From the NCBI GenBank assembly GCA_024181965.1, contig BQXS01000066.1, positions 1-34,883 on the forward strand: 34,883 bases of DNA, given 5' to 3'. Made by a program: the position numbers and the translations under genes. This DNA comes from Aduncisulcus paluster (Eukaryota). The stretch's first letter is position 1. The number at the start of each line of letters is the position of its first letter. Under the pieces are notes generated by a model that saw only the letters and a program-made list of their open reading frames with translations, had not been told where the DNA came from and searched no databases. Shown piece after piece: positions 32,558 to 34,883 of the stretch.

Positions 32558-32848
32558 TTATTCAGTTGGGAGAGTTAGAGTTGGTTGAATTATAGGATTT
32601 TTCTGACAAGCGTAGGTACAGAAAGCAACAATCCAATAAGAAATAAGCATTCCGATAGTCAATAATCGAATTAAACTAAAACATATGATTACAAAATAAG
32701 ATAAATATTCGAACAAAGAAAGAAATTGGGGGAGATAATGAAAGTAATACACATACGAGCCTTCAGATCTAGAAAAGAAGCATGAAACTAGACAAACAAC
32801 AATTGCAAGGGCCAGTAAAACCAATGAGACAATCCAGAATCCATCCAT
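32558..32848 (-). CDS. VMA9: V-type ATPase V0 subunit e (69 aa after splicing)
   Basis: Exons 32848-32757 and 32675-32558, intron 32676-32756 (GTATGT..TTTAG). Two hydrophobic helices and YWIVAFCTYACQKNPIIQP match the subunit-e W..YxxQxNPLIxP signature. Confidence 0.8.
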   Translation of the reverse strand: MDGFWIVSLVLLALAIVVCLVSCFFSRSEGSYVYYFHYLPQFLSLFEYLSYFVIICFSLIRLLTIGMLISYWIVAFCTYACQKNPIIQPTLTLPTE

Positions 32849-33167
32849 ATATTTTCTTTTGTAGCAAGAATATCAACAAACGCTCTACGTCTTGAATTAA
32901 AGGGAAAACAACTATTTTAAGCAGTATTTATCTGTTATATAGGCCAATTACCATGTTTTTGTTTTATTTACCTTCCCATTTCGCTTATTTTAATATTGAC
33001 AGACAGATCGCAATAGACATGTTATTTCGTTAAATTGAACATTTTTTTGTGAAAAAATTATAATGGAAGTGATATGAAATCATTTTTCACTTCTTAAAAA
33101 TATCTAAATATTTATATAAACAACTCATTCGACAAATTTGAAAAAATAAAGAAAAAATAAAAAATGC

Positions 33168-34883
33168 TTAAGCGAAACTTAAGATCCCCCCCAATTTCTC
33201 CAACATTTCCCTAGTGACATCGAGTGTAATTCCCTCGATTGACCCAGCCTTCTCCACTTCATCTCTGATAGCACTGAACACACACTTATCGATGGCTGTT
33301 GTCAGAGATCCATAAGGAACACCTCCAATAAAAGCTACATCCTCTTCCAGGGCTCTCATTACACTCTCCACACCTGCAGGCAAGGCATCCTTCTTGATCC
33401 TCACAGCGAAAGGAAGAGAGGAGAGATGGTTCTCGATCACTAATTGGACAGCCTCAGCACCAGTCACTCCGGGGATACCAACTTTCTCAGAGAACACACC
33501 TGCCAGACCAAGCTGAGTCATGACTGAAAGACTGTTGCATGTGCAGATCACACACAGGGAATGGCCAGGCTGGGAACGAATGGATAACGCAGACACAAGG
33601 GTCTGGAAGATAGGGTTAGAGAAACGCTGACCAATGGCAACATACTCTATGAGTTTCTCAATGCCATCAATGATAAGAACTGCCTGAGGACACTTCCTGG
33701 CATCCTCAAATGCCCTGACAATCTCGTCACACTTACGAAGCTCACCACGAACTCTAGTGATAAGTTTCTCAGCAGATATGACTTTTGTGAAAGGAATTCC
33801 ACTCTCCAATGCACACACAGCTGCCACAACACTCTTCCCAATGCCGTGTTCACCGTGTATCAGGATAGAGCTATGACTGGTGATGCCTACTTTCATACGT
33901 TCGATAGAGTCACGAACGGAGGAGACAGTCTCACGTACCATGTCTGAATATAACAAAAGATGGGATGATGTGAGCTTACCGTACATGGGAGATGAAGGAG
34001 AAGGCACAGGGACAGACTTGGGGAGCATTGTCTTGATGTCATCTTGGTCACTCCCAAAGGCAGCATGGACTTCTTCAAGGGCACCAATAAAGTCTTCACG
34101 GGTGACCAAGAGTTTAGATGCACCCGTCTGGAGATCCTGTATACTCTTCTGGATGTCCGAGAGTCTTAACACTCTTGACATGGCAAATGAACGGGCACTC
34201 TTAACAAGACCGGCCAGCTCGGCACCAGTGAAGTTCTTTGTCTTCGCAGCAAGCTCTTCAAGGTCGACATCATCGGCGAGCACACCATTCTCAGTCATTA
34301 CTTTCGTGTGGATACGCAAGATCTCCACCCTACCTTCCTCATTGGGCAATTCAATGGGAACATGCACCTCGAAACGACCAGGTCTGAGTAAGGCTTCATC
34401 AATGAGGTCTTTCCTATTTGTCATACCAATCACAAGGATGTTGGAGAGTGCATCCACACCATCTAGCTTGGACAGGATCTGATTCACAATACTATCATGG
34501 ACTCCTGTACTGTCACTCCTTGTACCTCTCTGGCGACAAATGGCATCGATCTCGTCGAATATGATAAGATGCAACTCACTGTCGTCTCCTTTCTCAGCCT
34601 GCTCTTCCTCGGCATCCTTGAAGAGCTCTCGAATATTCTCCTCGGACTGTCCTACATACTTGTTCAAAATGGAGGGACCGTTCACAACCTTAGGCTCCTT
34701 CGTGTGCAGCATCTTTCCAATCTGACGGGCAAGAAGAGTCTTACCAGTTCCTGGAGGTCCATATAAAAGCATTCCACGAACATGCTCAACTCCCATCTTC
34801 TTCACCATGTCGGGAGGGAACACACGAGAGGCAAACACACGTCTAAAAATAGTTTTAAACTCATCAGAAAGACCACCGATGCC
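33168..34883 (-). CDS. NSF: Vesicle-fusing ATPase NSF/Sec18, 5' part outside window
   Basis: GIGGLSDEFKTIFRRVFASRVFPP, RGMLLYGPPGTGKTLLARQIG, LHLIIFDEIDAICRQRG, D2 Walker A GEHGIGKS, EYVAIGQRFSN. Frame is open to the window end. Confidence 0.97.
   Translation of the reverse strand, partial: GIGGLSDEFKTIFRRVFASRVFPPDMVKKMGVEHVRGMLLYGPPGTGKTLLARQIGKMLHTKEPKVVNGPSILNKYVGQSEENIRELFKDAEEEQAEKGDDSELHLIIFDEIDAICRQRGTRSDSTGVHDSIVNQILSKLDGVDALSNILVIGMTNRKDLIDEALLRPGRFEVHVPIELPNEEGRVEILRIHTKVMTENGVLADDVDLEELAAKTKNFTGAELAGLVKSARSFAMSRVLRLSDIQKSIQDLQTGASKLLVTREDFIGALEEVHAAFGSDQDDIKTMLPKSVPVPSPSSPMYGKLTSSHLLLYSDMVRETVSSVRDSIERMKVGITSHSSILIHGEHGIGKSVVAAVCALESGIPFTKVISAEKLITRVRGELRKCDEIVRAFEDARKCPQAVLIIDGIEKLIEYVAIGQRFSNPIFQTLVSALSIRSQPGHSLCVICTCNSLSVMTQLGLAGVFSEKVGIPGVTGAEAVQLVIENHLSSLPFAVRIKKDALPAGVESVMRALEEDVAFIGGVPYGSLTTAIDKCVFSAIRDEVEKAGSIEGITLDVTREMLEKLGGILSFA

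Overview
AT-rich, gene-dense eukaryotic (protist) genomic DNA in the standard genetic code, with short GTATGT..AG spliceosomal introns and three 20-N scaffold gaps whose flanks are duplicated. The IPIPRDDP repeat family and Ser/Glu-inflated proteins recall a free-living fornicate such as Aduncisulcus; this is recollection and needs BLAST. Housekeeping genes: GGTase-I beta, Utp22/NOL6, proteasome alpha-4 (PSMA7), DDB1, V-ATPase subunit e, and NSF (5' end outside the window), plus one secreted hypothetical protein. The main result is that the fragmented minus-strand ORFs at 9.8-16.1 kb and 25.1-31.3 kb splice into two paralogous multi-exon genes (about 1990 and 1758 aa). They share a 284-bp upstream block, a 46-codon first exon, all-phase-0 introns and a tandem array of a roughly 110-160-aa beta-rich domain with hypervariable loops. 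Their homology stops at the same codon (FITG, ACAGGT), where they switch to unrelated C-terminal effectors: ankyrin + HEXXH metallopeptidase-like versus Ser/Thr kinase. This looks like a modular, polymorphic sensor-effector family. Its function is inferred, not shown.
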